A stretch of 64,000 nt of DNA from Balamuthia mandrillaris (GCA_031835245.2 JAVKOQ020000044.1:186001-250000), one strand, 5' to 3'; shown: positions 38,883 through 52,023, counted from the first letter of the stretch. The notes: generated by a model from the sequence alone, not told the origin. Translations and numbers: made by a program.

Positions 38883-40499
38883 ACGGACACACTGCCGTCC
38901 CTCTCTTTGTGTGGCGCCTCTAGTGATAATAGTTTGTGAAACTTGTGTTTCCGATGCAAACAACAGGGAACAGGCCGTAGTTTCTGTGCGTGCAGGTGTT
39001 TATTACTTTGAGGATGATGAGTGGAAACCAGTGGATGGAGGGTTATCTCTGGTCCAACTGTACCATGACTCGGCTAAGGACAGCTTTAGGGTCGTTGCGG
39101 TTTCTCAAATGCAAAAGGATAAAGTACGTTCCCTACAGAAGTCACGCTGTTTCCCTAGGTTTATTGGAGTAACTATGTCTGTTTCGCTCTCATAGGTGGT
39201 AATAAACAGTACTGTTTTCAAAGAGACAACCTACCAGAAAGCTTCCGACACATTCCATCAGTGGTCAGACAACCGTTATGCTTACGGGCTAAACTTTGCC
39301 TCCAAACAAGAAGCTAACACCTTTGCCAGCGCTATTTATGCTGCGATTGAAAAGCTTAAAGGTGAGTGATGAAGTATGTACAGTTTGTTAGCCTTCACTC
39401 ACTTCAAAGTTATTCGCAGTCCTTACGAATAACCCTCCTGCCGGTCCTGCAAAGTCGGAGGCTGAAGGTATCTTGCTTTCTTTGGTTGTTTTATGCAGTA
39501 CTGATAGCCATCGTCTGCTCGCTACTAGATAAAAAGCGAAAAGAGCAAGAAAGCGAACCTGAAAGAAGGAGCGTAAAGTTTGGGGAAGCCAAAAGTGTGG
39601 CTGCCGAACCCACCCATGAAAAGCATCAAAGTGGAGCTGATCCTCTTATGGGCTCTACCATCGATGCAAAATCTCAGACGGAACCTACTACAAAGCGAAC
39701 AGAGAGCTCTGAGAGTAAAACTGTGGAGACGACAAAGACAGAACCTACAACCGCCTCCTCTGCCTCCACTGAGGCAAAAGCTTCTCCAGCAAGTGAAACG
39801 GCAGCTTCTACCGTCCCTCGTAGAGAAACCGTTTCAACTTCTACGAACAATTTGAACAAGCCACCTGCTTCTGTGGGCGGAGGCGTAGCAGTCAGGGACA
39901 AACCCTTACCATCCACTTCCGGAGCAGCGCAAAGGTTGAGGAGAACGAAATCATTCTCGCGCGTGCAAGACATGGAGGTGGAGGCAAGAAAGGAAGAACA
40001 GACGCGAGGCGGGCTGTCGACATTCACCAAAGAAGGAGAAAAGTTCAATAGATTAGGAGACAACCGGAGGGGAAGCAAAGGTGCCGAAGATGGAGATGCT
40101 TCCACTCCAGAAGGAAGTACTCCCAGGGGTGATGATGATGACGACGAAAGAAGAAGAAAGAGAAAGGAGCGAGGAGGAGACAGAAAAGGAGGCAGCGGGA
40201 TTAGTGGTAGAGATAAGGACCGTTCACGGAAGGACAAGGATAGAAGCAAGTACAGCAGTGGCGGTCTCAAAGACAGTAGAGACAGGAGAGAGACCACTTC
40301 CTCAGGCAGCGGTAGTGGTATCGGCGGCACTCCTAAACAGAAGCCAAGATACGTGATGGATGGGCAGGAGGTGGACCTTGGGGCCTTCAAGAGAGAGCTC
40401 ATCAAGCAGTTCAGGAAGGAGGTTGCCAGAGCTAAGGAAGATATTCTGGATGCCCTCAGACAGGAGCTCGCCAGAGCACAGCCCAACAAGAAGTCATAG
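38819..40499 (+). CDS. Ena/VASP-like protein (EVH1 plus C-terminal tetramerisation domain)
   Basis: EQAVVSVRAGVYYFED..WKP..GLSLVQLYH..FRVV..YQKASDTFHQW.D.R.AYGLNFASKQEA..F; C-terminus DLGAFKRELIKQFRKEVARAKEDILDALRQEL. Start inferred. Confidence 0.85.
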
Positions 40500-40676
40500 A
40501 GTTTGTTGATTGTCACTTTCTCCGTTCCTTTTGTTCCATCGTTTGTTGTTGTGACTAAATGCTGCATGCCTTCTTCTTCGGCTTTTGTCTTAACTGTACC
40601 GAACTCTACTTACGAAGCAATATAGCTCATGTGATTGTACTTACAAAAAAAATGGTTCCTTTGAACCTTTATATAA

Positions 40677-40712
<36 letters not shown>

Positions 40713-40740
40713 AAGCAAACATGTACAAAAAAACTTGGCC

Positions 40741-41488
40741 TTAGTCCAACGCTTTGTGAAAGGCTGCGTAGGAGCTCTCCAGGTCGAACAACAGCTGCCG
40801 AACCTGCTCTTCATTCAGCTCATCACTAGCCTTCATGCCTTGCATTCTTGTCAACCTTTATAGCACATTAGAGTAATACAGCGCGTCAGTTTGTTATCTC
40901 TTCTCTCTCTAACCTCCCAAAACACCAAGAAGAAAAAGACAAAACAAAAGGAAGGGTTTACCATGTGTTGAGCTTCGCTTTGCCCTCAAAGTCAGGACCC
41001 AATACAGGCACCTTGGTCAAGCACTCAAAGAGGTCCGAGAGCAAGGGCTGGAGCTGGTCCACCGCCGCCATGTTCAGCTTCAATGAGTCCATGGCCGTTA
41101 TGAAAAATTGGACCGTCTCGGCAATCACTTTGGGGGTGTCGTCCGGCCCTCCGGTCAATCTCTCCAACGCGGCATGACAGTCCAACTTTTTATAAACAAA
41201 ATAAAAGAAGTTCAGCTCAGCTGTCAGCAAAAGAGAGAGGGAGAGAGAGACAGGCACCCTGTATTCCGCCATGAACTTGGAAAGATCAGGGACAGAGGTT
41301 TGGGTCAACTTTCGCGCGGTCTTGAATTGGGTGATGAGCTTGGCGCAGGCGGCCTTGTGCTCCTCCAAGGTGATGGCGTCTCTCATCAGGGCTTTCTCCA
41401 AATGCTCCGTGGTCTTGATGATGGAGTAGAGGTCCGCCATGTTGTCATAGAGCTCTCGCTCCTTGTTGTTCTGATAGAGCTTCAACAT
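40741..41488 (-). CDS. VPS28: ESCRT-I subunit Vps28
   Basis: ERELYDNMADLYSIIKTTEHLEKA, IAETVQFFITAMDSLKL, QVRQLLFDLESSY. Confidence 0.96.
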
Positions 41489-41862
41489 GTTGCTCCTCCT
41501 CCTCTTCCTTTTCGATTTTTCTTCTTTCTTTTTTTTTGTAATTGTGCTAAAGTTAAGCTAATAGGTTGTTGATAATTATCTAGGTAAGGAAATGGTGGTC
41601 AATTATTGCTACACAACAGGTCACATCTAGCTCGTGTCGTGCACAAGCCGAGGAAAGGTTATCTATTAGGTTGGAATATTTTTCCAATGAAAAAATAGGA
41701 GAAAGAAAAAAAAGAAGAAAGTGAAGAAGCAAGAGAAGAGAGGCCGCCCTCCGTTCTCTCTCTTTCGCTGCCTGTTGTTGTTGTTGTGCCCCAGGGGAGT
41801 GTGTTAGGTGTTACCATCACGTAGATATCACATCCACAAAGAAAAAAATCACGAAAAAAAAA

Positions 41863-42409
41863 ATGAAGCTCTTGACGCACAACATGCTGCAAAGCAACAT
41901 GCCGGGGGTGACCCAGCCGTACCCTCTGCGGCTGGAGGTGTCGCAGGTGGAGCAAGAGGAGAACGAGTTCAACAAGGAGTTTGTGGTGCACATGTTTCCT
42001 CGGCTAAACTATGAAGTCCTTGTGCAGGCTCTTCAGCAGGTATACACCCACGCCCGCTACTTGTTTTTTTTCTAGATCACGAATTACTCAATATCTTATT
42101 TTGATCTTTGTTTCTTTCTCAAAAATAACAAGACGGGCTACTCCTTTCTTCCAGACTCTCTTCCTGAAAACCATCTTGAGAACGACAACTTTCTCAAGTT
42201 GGTCCATCAGGCTCTCCTCAACGTACGTTTTTTCGCTCTGAAACAACAAACTAACCTCACTCACTCTATCTATGTTTTGTGATTTATTGCTCTTTTTCAC
42301 ACAGGTGAACGTGGTGGAAGGAAAGTTGATCTGTCCAGAGACTGGCCGACAATACCCCATCACCAAGGGCATTCCCAACATGCTCCTCTCCGAGGAGGAA
42401 ACTGGTTAA
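41863..42409 (+). CDS. TRM112: Methyltransferase activator Trm112
   Basis: [40 protein letters not shown]. Confidence 0.96.
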
Positions 42410-42477
42410 AGCATACCCCACCTACTCAAAAAAAAAATTATCAGTTTTTTTACTCAGCTACATATAACACCACAAAT

Positions 42478-42522
<45 letters not shown>

Positions 42523-42686
42523 CTGTACTGCTCTTTTGTTAGAGTCCACTCCGAGAAGAATAGGTTTGATTTTTTTTAGAGAAAAAAAATGGGTGGTGTT
42601 ACAACATCTGAAAGGTTAAAAAAAAGCAAGGCAAAGAGAGAAGGAGACCGAGGTTACAAAAGAACAAAGAGCTCTGGTTCTCTCTC

Positions 42687-43115
42687 TCAGAAGGAGGTGC
42701 GAATCATCTCATTGGCGAGGGTGCCATACTCGAGCTTGCCCTGGTCGTCCACCGCCACGTTACGCGTCATCTGCTCAAACTCCTGCTCCGTCATGGCCTC
42801 CCCCAGGTTGGTCATGACGTAGCGCAGGTCCGAGTACTTGAGCTTGCCCTCCAGGTTGGGGTCAAAGACCTTGAAGCTCTCCCGCACGTCCTCCAGGGTC
42901 TTGGCGGGCACGCGGCCCACGTACTGGCGAAACTCGTTCATGTCGACGCGCCTTGGCCCGGCGCCCCCCTCCACGCTTTGCAGGATGTCGTTCAGCTCGG
43001 CTTGGGAGGGGTCCTGCCCGAGGGCGCGCAGCACGGTGCCTATGTCGGAGGAGTTGATCTTGCCGTCGCCCTCCGTGTCGAAGAGGTCAAAAGCTTCCGC
43101 GAGTCTGCCGTCCAT
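42687..43115 (-). CDS. Calmodulin-like EF-hand protein (myosin essential light chain-like), intronless
   Basis: EAFDLFDTEGDGKI..IGTVLRALGQDPSQAE; ESFKVFD..LRYVMTNLGE. Confidence 0.88.
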   Translation of the reverse strand: MDGRLAEAFDLFDTEGDGKINSSDIGTVLRALGQDPSQAELNDILQSVEGGAGPRRVDMNEFRQYVGRVPAKTLEDVRESFKVFDPNLEGKLKYSDLRYVMTNLGEAMTEQEFEQMTRNVAVDDQGKLEYGTLANEMIRTSF

Positions 43116-43448
43116 CTTTAAATTGGTCGCCTGTTTGTTTGGTTCTCTATTTGACACCTTTCCAATGGGCACAATGAAAAATTATCCAAAAAATTTAGCT
43201 CACAACCCCACTCAAAATTTACTGCCAATTTTTGGACGATTTTCCCCATCTCATACTCCCTTGCCATTGGGATATTCTCATTTTATTCTTTTGCTTTGCC
43301 AAAACAAAAAAATAGAAAATGTAAATATCGACATATATTGATAGTTTACCCTTTGTTAACAAATATCTGGCCCAAACAATTATCGACATGAACATATATG
43401 TCGACATCACAATCACTAAGAACGAAAAAAGTAGCGAGACCGAAAGAA

Positions 43449-43837
43449 ATGAGAAACGTGTTGGTGTTGGCCTTCTTGTTGTTTGCGTGCCTGGTGATCG
43501 CTTGTTGCGTTGCGGAGGAAGGATCCTCTCTTGCACGCGGATTCAATGAAAAGGTAATACTACTTTTTTACAAAAAAACTAATGATGGCACTGATTGTTT
43601 TTTTTCTACAGATCCACTGGGTTTCGTATGAAGACGGGTTGAAGAGAGCCAAAGAAGAAAACAAGCCCGCGTTTGTCCTCCTTCACAAAAGCTGGTGCGG
43701 CGCTTGCAAAAGACTAAAGCCTGCCTTTGCTGGCTCCACTGAGGTAGAGCAACTCAGCGAGAAGTTTGTCATGATCAACGCAGAAGACGACGAGGAGCCT
43801 CACGCCAACCCTGCCTTTGCTGTAATTTCTCTCGCTT

Positions 43838-43868
<31 letters not shown>

Positions 43869-44192
43869 TCTTTTGTGACAAACAAAAACCAACCCTTTTG
43901 CTGCTGAATAGCTTGACGGAAGCTACATCCCTCGTATCATATTCATGAGTGCGGAGGGCACCGTTCTGCCAGAGATCTACAACGAAGGCGGCAATGCCAA
44001 GTACAAATACTTTTACTCCTCTCCAGGTAACTTCTCTCCCTCTCTTCAATGTTCTGCCTTTTTTTTTCTCATCTTATTCACACTTCTCTGTTACCACAAA
44101 CAACCACAGAGCAAATAGTAACAGTAATGAACAAGGCACTCTCTCACGTGGAATCGTTGCGTCTGCAACAGCAACGCGGCGATGAGTTGTGA
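43449..44192 (+). CDS. TXNDC12: ER thioredoxin ERp18/TXNDC12-like
   Basis: Signal peptide, [30 protein letters not shown]-terminal GDEL* ER-retrieval-like signal. Confidence 0.9.
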
Positions 44193-44327
44193 GCCTCCCT
44201 CGTTCTTGTCTTTTATGTTTTTTTTTGTATGTTTGCAAGACAAGAACAAAAACAGGTTTTGTGCACTCAATAACTACACAACCTAATCTTATAAAACAAA
44301 CAACATAATTGAACAACAAAAGTACCA

Positions 44328-45725
44328 TTACGTGGAGAAGAACTGCTGATGCAACAAGAGGCAGTTGAGGAGAGTAGTACCGACCAACCCCAAAGCAAGC
44401 CACAACGTTGTCTTACCGCTGCTCTTGGCAGCTGGTTTGAGGGAGGAAGAAGCATTCGAAGCAGCAGCTTGGCGTAGCTCTTCCACTTCATGCATCAAAG
44501 ACGCCTTCAGCTTCTCAGCAGCTTGGGATGCCTCTTCGGTGACCTTGCGAATGGCCTCTTGGGTGGCTTTCTTGATCTCAGCCTTCTTTTGCTGGTCGAG
44601 CTGTTTGGTGAGAGTAGCGAGGGCTTTCTCTCTCTCGGCCGTCATCTCCTCGATCTTCTTCTGGAGCTCCGCACGAAGGGCATCATTCTTGCGACGCAGC
44701 TCCGCCTTCTCCTCCGTCAACTTTCGAATGGCGGCCGTCGCTTCTTTCTCTTTTTGCTCTGAGGATGCTGTCTCGCTCTTGGCAATGACGGCCTTGTCTT
44801 TGGCTACCTCTGCCTCATCGAGCTTTCTTTGGAGCTCTCTATTCTCTCGTCTCAGCCCGTCAAGCTCTTTCTGGAGGGCCGCTTTCCCCTCGGCTAATCC
44901 GTCGGCCCTGTTGCTCTGCTTCTCCTTCTCCGCTTTGACGATGTTCAGCTCGTTCTTCCTCATTTCCAGTTGTCGCTCCGTCTCCCTCAACTTGTTCTTC
45001 AGCTCCTCCGTCTCGGCCTTCAATCGCTCCATCAAACTGCCCATCACAGAGCTTCCTCCTGCTGCTCCTCCTACTGCCGTTACTGTGGCTGTTTTGCCTC
45101 CTCTTGGCGAGACAATCAAAGATGGAGACGATGTTGAAGCTGCATTCTCTTCTCTCTCCTTCAACGCTCTTCTGCGTTCCTCCAATTCTTTCCTCCATGA
45201 TGCCTCGCCGGTCTCTCCACCATTCGCATTAGCATTGGCATTGGCATCACCGGAAGAAGCAGAAGAAGGTGCCGAGGCTGCCAGCCTTCTCTTTTGGGCC
45301 ATTTCGGCGTCCTTTTGTAGCTGTAACTCTCTTTGTTGCTCCATTTCTTTCTCCTTCTGAGCGATGGCGGCGGCGGCAGTATTAGCGTCTCCTCCGCTTC
45401 CTTCTTCACCACCAGGCGCAACCTGTGACCCGGCCTTGGACTCTCTCCATAGTTGGTCCGGCTTCTTCTCGCCAAAGCCCTCCGCATAGTTGCCTTTCAA
45501 TGCGAACAGCTGTTTGAAGTGTGGCTTTTTATTTATACATGGAACCAGAGAAGGAGTGACAGAGTTAGCGATGACACTGTCAAAGATGTCTTCATATAAC
45601 GACGAAGCTATAGTGGAGTATTCTTACCTTACAATAGTACTTGCCTGTGAAAAAGAAACAGTTTTACAGATGAACAAACGTTAGTTAGTAACACAGCTGC
45701 AAAAGGATTCATATTGCAAGAAGAG

Positions 45726-45766
<41 letters not shown>

Positions 45767-46172
45767 ATATTTGTTTTCAAACCTTCTAAGCTGGCATAGT
45801 TGCCCAACTTCAAGACGCGTTTGCACTCAATGCACCGGAAGCAATGCTTGTGAAAGATCTTGCCGTCAGCGGAGAGTTTGTCGGAGAAGTAGACGTTCTT
45901 GGCGCAGACCTCGCACTTTTCTGTTTGTACAATGAAGCTGGAGCCACCCGCTCGTCCTGCTGGTTTGTTCGAAGAAGCAGGCGCCGAAGGGTTTACCTGT
46001 TTGTTTGACAGTCCAGATGAGAAACCAAAAACCTTGAGGTTTAAACAAAAAGAAGAGACAGCAAGAGAGAGAGAAGAGAAAGAAGAGAAAGACAAACCTC
46101 TTGTGACTTGTTCTCGAACATGGAAGCCAGAGAACTGGTTTGGGAGCCTCCACGCGGGGTACCTTCCGCCAT
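44328..46172 (-). CDS. LIM-domain, coiled-coil protein with a C-terminal hydrophobic anchor
   Basis: CEVCAKNVY..FHKHCFRCIECKRVLKLGNYASLEG|KYYCK|PHFKQLF.LKGNY.EGFG; long heptad region; TLWLALGLVGTTLLNCLLL tail. Confidence 0.88.
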
Positions 46173-46400
46173 CTTCTATTTCTCGAAGTTTGTTTGTTCA
46201 AAAAAAAACCTTCTCTTCTCTCCACCACCCCGTTCCTGTATCCACTTCTATAGAGCCAACAAAATTAAAACTGACTCGATAATTTTTTAATTTTACCGCC
46301 CGATAAAAATCGATAAAATAGATTGCTCCGTGACGTCACCAAGGGAGGCTTACGCACACCCGAAAAAATATTGCCCTGCATCGTCGATTATTATCGATAA

Positions 46401-47193
46401 TTATTCACCAAGAAGAAGCGATTGGCAGCGCGCCACGTTACGCAGGTAAAAACGAGCAGAGGTGGAGGCCGGCACGCTCCTCGGCACCAAGTACTGGTTC
46501 AACATCTCCTTGGCTTCGAAGCTGTGACCAACGTCCTCAAAGGCCTGCGTGGCGTCCTTCTCTCCAGGGCTGCCCACCGCGTACTCCTTCAGGATCTCCT
46601 CACCGCCAGGGTGCTCGCCAAGGAAAGGGTCCACCTCGTAGAGCCTTCCGTGGAGGCGAAGCAGGCAGGAGGACTTGTTCTTGATGATAGGGAAGTGGTC
46701 CTTGAGAGTCTGTTCCATGGCTTGAAAGTAGAGGCGCCTCCCATCACATTTGGAGTTGTTGTTGTTGTTGGAAGGGCTTTGTTGCCACAATGGACTTTGG
46801 GGGTAGTCTCTCTTGGCAAGCTGCTGCCATAACCAGTTGTCTTTGCAGATGTCGTACATGCGCTTGTTCAGGAACTTGACCTTTTGGGAGAGACTCTCCT
46901 CATCCACGAAAGTCAAAATCATCAACACCAACTAGGTTTGGTTTTTAAAAAAAGTTGAGCGCTTGGTGTATGCATAAGAGACATAGGAAGAACGATGAGA
47001 GGGAAAGGGGTACCTCTCTTGGTAGTTCTTGAAATGGGGAAGACCCATCTGGGGGAGCCGTCATGGGTCCGTAGTCCTCTGCATAGGTCAAAAATGCCGT
47101 CGGCCCAACAGGGTCTAACACCAATTCCTTCTCACCCCCGACCCCGGGCCGCTGGTTCGTCTTCTGGGCGTTTGTGGAGGAACCTGCGCCCAT
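46401..47193 (-). CDS. F-box plus cytochrome b5-like heme-binding domain protein (copy 1)
   Basis: FQELPRE|LVLMILTFVD..LWQQL; LHGRLYEVDPFLGEHPGGEEIL..DATQAFEDVGHS. Confidence 0.87.
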
Positions 47194-47323
47194 CCTCTCT
47201 TTTCTCTTCTTTGCTTGTTGTTTGGGAGAAAAATTATTGGCCTATACAGGAATAATTATCGGAATTTTGTATGATTTTTTGCGAACAATTCGGATTATCG
47301 TGTGAGGTTTATTTGTCGACATA

Positions 47324-48296
47324 TCACGACATGTCGTCACGGTAGCACTCGGAGGCAGGGATATGCTGTGGACAAAGGGAAGAGAGGAGGAAGCAGCGCA
47401 TGCTGGTGGAGAGACAGCGATGCCGTTCATGATCCTCGGCCTCTCCCATGAGGTAGTCCGTCATCATGCGCATAGCGTAGGAACTATGGGACATTTCGTC
47501 AAAGTACTTGGAGGCATCCGTCCCCGCAAAGCGAAGCAGGACCGTTGCTCCGCCTGGATGCTTAGTCAGAAAGTTGCTTATCTGATAAACCTGATATTTT
47601 TGTTGAGAAAAAAAGCAACAATGAACAATAAAGCACATCGATAAAGCGACCACTGACCTTTCCATGGATGAGGATACGACAATCTTGGGCAGAAGTGTAT
47701 CCCCTATAAGGTACACAGCACTGGAGATAGAGTTGAGCCACCGCATTGAAGTACAATAGCTTTGCAGAGGAAGCAGGTGAACTCCATCCTCCGCTTTGTC
47801 CTCCTCCTGTTGGAGTAGGAGCAAAGCAAAACTTCACGTCTCCGCTGTCGTTGTTGGGGCATTTAGCAGCAGCACCGGCGGCGGTGAAGCTGCGAGAAAA
47901 TCCCTCGGGCAGATCCCTCCGCAGCAAGCACCGCCATAGGGCGGCCGACTGGCAGAGCCGCCGCATGGAGCGGCTGAGGAACTGCACTTTTTGGGTGAGG
48001 GTCTCCTCGTCCACGAAGCTGAGGACGTGAACGGCAATCTCTTCGGGGAGGGCGTGCAGCAAGCAAAACGGGGGATCAGACGGAGCACCCACTTTGGGGG
48101 GCGGTTGGAGCGGCCGGTAGTCCAACGGGTAGTGCAGATATTCCACCGGGCCGAGAGGGGCCTCCAAACGCAGCAGCTTCTCCCTCTCGGGAGGACCCGC
48201 CCGCTCCCGTTGTTTCGTCGACGAGGCAGCGACGCCCTTGCGCTCTGCTACATCCTCCCCAAATGAGGGGAGGGCGATGCCCAACGTTTGTCCCAT
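47324..48296 (-). CDS. F-box plus cytochrome b5-like heme-binding domain protein (copy 2)
   Basis: LHALPEEIAVHVLSFVD..LWRCL; ILIHGK|VYQISNFLTKHPGG..FAGTDASKYFDEMSHS. Confidence 0.87.
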
Positions 48297-48433
48297 CTGC
48301 TTTCCCTCCTTTTGCTACGCTTTTGCTGTAGGACGTTAAACAGAGACATAAACCCATGTCGACGTGGATTTTCCGTGTGTCGACACTAAAGGCTGTCGAT
48401 CGCTCATGTCCATGGAGAAAAGAGCGCTAAAAG

Positions 48434-51400
48434 ATGAGGAGAGGAACAAAGCATGAAGCGCTCACGCCGCGCAAGGTGTTGCTGCTCGCGCTGGTGGAGA
48501 CCTACCTGACGAACACTTGGACGGCCTCTTCAGCCGAGGAGGAACAGGAACCACCGCAACAGCCCCCGAGTGAGGCGGACAAGTACCTTCTCGGCCGGTT
48601 CTTGGCGGAAGAGCTGGAGCGAGGAGGCGCTGATGGGTGCGCCGAAGAGGGCTATCAGGTCACGCGACAGCGGTTATACGATCAAATGGGTGAAGAGTTG
48701 GCTGAACGCATCGACATGTTTCTTCACGAGAAGGTATGTTATCCCTTATAATTCTGCGTTGTTTCATCGTCGTCATCAACATCGTAATGACTTGCCCCCC
48801 AAGTTGACGGAGTTGACAAACTCGCCGGATGACCTTTACCTATTCTTTCAATCGTTGGCTCTTCTCTTTGATGAAGAAACTGCTGCTACCGTTTTGGTTC
48901 GTTTTTCTTCTTACTCTTCTCTTCTCTTCTCTCACTTTTCTTTCTCCTTCAAACACAAAAGGAGCCTACAAGTACATTGGGCATGTTTGTGCGAAGAATG
49001 TTGCTTGCATTTCGCAAAGGCAGCTTCACCACTCTCTCTCGTCTCTTCTCCAACCTTGAGCAATATCTTCACTCTCCTCCTCCTCCTCCGCCAGAAGAAC
49101 CAGAAGCAATACCAGAAGGAGAGCCGACGTTCCTTGTGCCATTCGACTCAGCCTTCATCCAACGAAAGCTCAAGCATCTCAAAGAGGACTTCGGAAGGGT
49201 GCCTCAAAGCCTCATCCAACAAGAACTGGAACAGCTGAAAGCGATGGCCTCCTCCTCCTTCGCTTTTTCTTCCTCAGCAGCGTTCGACAACAACCAGTCT
49301 TTGGATCAGTGCCATTACTTGAGCTATCTCAACAGCCTCTACCATCGCGACTACAGCGGCAGCATCGACCACCTCCATCGATACTTTGATCTCTGTCTTC
49401 ACGACAACGATGAGCACACCGCGCTTCATCTGCTCCAACTACAACAACCTCCACAACAAGCATCAAACGCATCGACAGACTCTTCCTCAACGATGCCATC
49501 AGCACCGCCCACAACAGTGGATCCTTCCGTTGTGCCGATTGCAGGGAAGAGCATGGTGCCTTATGCTGTCCTCAACTTGGCACTCACTCACTTTTACTTT
49601 GGAGAGGTGGAGGCAGCAAAGCTGGCTCTCTTCGAGGCGGTACAAGTCGCCCAGGAACGTGCTGACGACGAGTGCTTGGCCTACGCCTTTTACTGGTTGA
49701 GCAGAGTATTGGAGGTAGAGGAGAACTCATCTTCTTCCTCCTTGCAAAGAATAGGTGGTGTAGCAATACGAGAAGTGATGAACGAGATTCGGGAAGATGC
49801 TGAACGAGCATCAAAGGACCTTCGTCAAGTGATACAACGTTTGGTTGCCAGAGCACAGGTTCTTCTTTCGTTTCTTGCTTACGTTGTTTTTGTTCATTGC
49901 CCTATGAACTAAAGGACATTGCCTTTAATAGAGCTTGCGGCTGCACTCGCTGCGTACGTTGGGTTTATTGGCATTGGCCAAGTACGATCTGTTGCACCCC
50001 CGTCATACGCCAACACTGGCCATCCCAACTCCATCCACATCTAGCAGAGTAACTCTCGCCTCACTCTCTTCCTTCTCTTTTCACATTGGTATAATGAATG
50101 GACATTCAAAACGACAAACAGAGTATTAAAGTATCAGATTTGAAAGCTTTGGTCGATGCTGGTACTGATGAAGCTTCGATAGGACACGCGCAATCATCTC
50201 TGTTAAATTCTGCTCACATGTTAACCTCTGACATGTGGCGCATGTTTGGTCACAAGGAACTTGAGATTCTGCCCATACAAGCCCATTTGCAGCTCTATCA
50301 AGACAAAGCCAGAGGAGAGGAAAGCTGCCAGGCCTTTTGCAAGCTGGCGCTATGGGTTAGTAACATTTTGCTTAAGGTTCTGTTGTGTTATGACTGCATG
50401 GTTAACCACAAAAAAACAACAACCATAGCATTCAGAACATGGCAATCTAGCAAAAGCTTTTGGGGCTTTGGTTGAAGCACAAGAGCTTTATCCGGTTGCA
50501 ATTCGTTACAACGAGTGGACTGAAACTACCCTTCACATTCTTCATGATTGGTGCTTGCGAAGGTACTACAACGAGAATGATTTATCCTCCTTCATAACCT
50601 CAAATATAACATCGCTTTCTCATAAGAGGAGAGTATCTCATCTGTGAGGAGGTGGAACAGCGGCTAAATTCTCTTGCTGCTGTATCATGCCAAGGCAACG
50701 CCAGTGCAAAAGCAGAGGCCATCTTTCGTAAGGCGCGTCGGCTCGCCATGAGCTCTGTCAAACTACAAGAGGTATTTTCTTTGCTTTAGTTTTTTTTTTC
50801 ACCCTACTTACGGCTAGAACTACAAACCAAAGGCTGTAGATATTGTTTGTTCGCTTCTTACACTCTGTGACGAAGCTAATTTGATGATCCCAAAAGTGGG
50901 CTATCTCCTCTGTTTAGGAGAGATCTACGTGCGTGGCGGGCATACCATCGAAGCTCTGCCTTACGTCCTCTCTTGCCTCACCCAATGCGAGAACTACCAC
51001 TTGCACGACGTAGGAGCAAGAGCCACCATGTTGCTAGCCGAAATACACCTTCGCTTGGGCAACGATGGTTGTGGCGGTGGTGCATTCAAGGCGTTAGAAC
51101 TGCTAGAGTCCATCTTACCTCAGGTCATGCGGCATTGCCCTCTCTTTGTCAAAGCAGAACATTTGTTGCTTCAAGCGAAATGCAAACTCGCCATCGCTCA
51201 CCCTCATGATCGTAATGCCTTTATTTTTTTTAATCCTTTACGTCCTGTTCTAACTGAACGTTAACCCAACAGGAGAGGAGCTAGCGGCAGTGTTGGAATT
51301 GCTGGGACGAGCGATGCAAGCGTTCACTCGTTTACAAGCGATAGAACAACAGATGGAGACAAGCTACTTGCAAGCACGCCTGCACCATCAACTGGGAGAC

Positions 51401-51565
51401 AACAAAACACGGAACGATGCCAGCCGCCTCTTCAAACAACTTTGCCAACGAAAAGCCAACGCGCAACGAGAGCGGTGGGCGCACGCTCTCCTCTCCAACG
51501 AAAGGAGAGCAGAGAGTTTAGCTGCTTCCTTACAGGCAGCTCTCATGCAAGAAGAGTGGGTCTGA
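48434..51565 (+). CDS. ANAPC5: Anaphase-promoting complex subunit 5
   Basis: LTPRKV, SPDDLY.FF, LGMFVRRMLLAF, HYLSYLNSL..D..GSIDHLHRYFD, YAVLNLA..H..FG, EAVQVAQE..D..CL. Confidence 0.9.
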
Positions 51566-52023
51566 AATGAAGATACAAAAGTGCTTTTCATTGGTGTTCA
51601 TTTTTATTTTTTTGAGTTTTTCTGAGAAAAGAGTGGAACAAGATAAAAGGAGGTGCCACTGCACCACCCATTTTGCCTGTTTTCAAGAAACAAACTGGTG
51701 CAAATAAAAAATACGAGTGGAGAACTCTTCCTAACATCTCTGGAAGAAGACGATGAATAATAATAATAATAATAATAATGAAAAAAAAAGAAATAAGGAG
51801 GGACTGGCGTAGAAGTTACACACTGAAAGGAGAAGAACTGAGCATCACTCTCCACGTGGAAGGCTTTCATGCAATGAGTGACGTAGTTGGGCTGGAAAAA
51901 TGGTATTAACAGGAAGGGTGAAGAGAATACTAAAAACACACAGTCGAAGAGGAGACCGATGAAGACGAAGTTGACGCTGACCGGTTCCTAAAAAAAGACG
52001 AAGTTGTTCGTTCGTTCGTTCGT

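Noticed and set aside
32270..51565. Two APC/C subunit genes (CDC16, ANAPC5) as a functional cluster
   Set aside because: About 13 kb apart with about nine unrelated genes between them; no evidence beyond coincidence.
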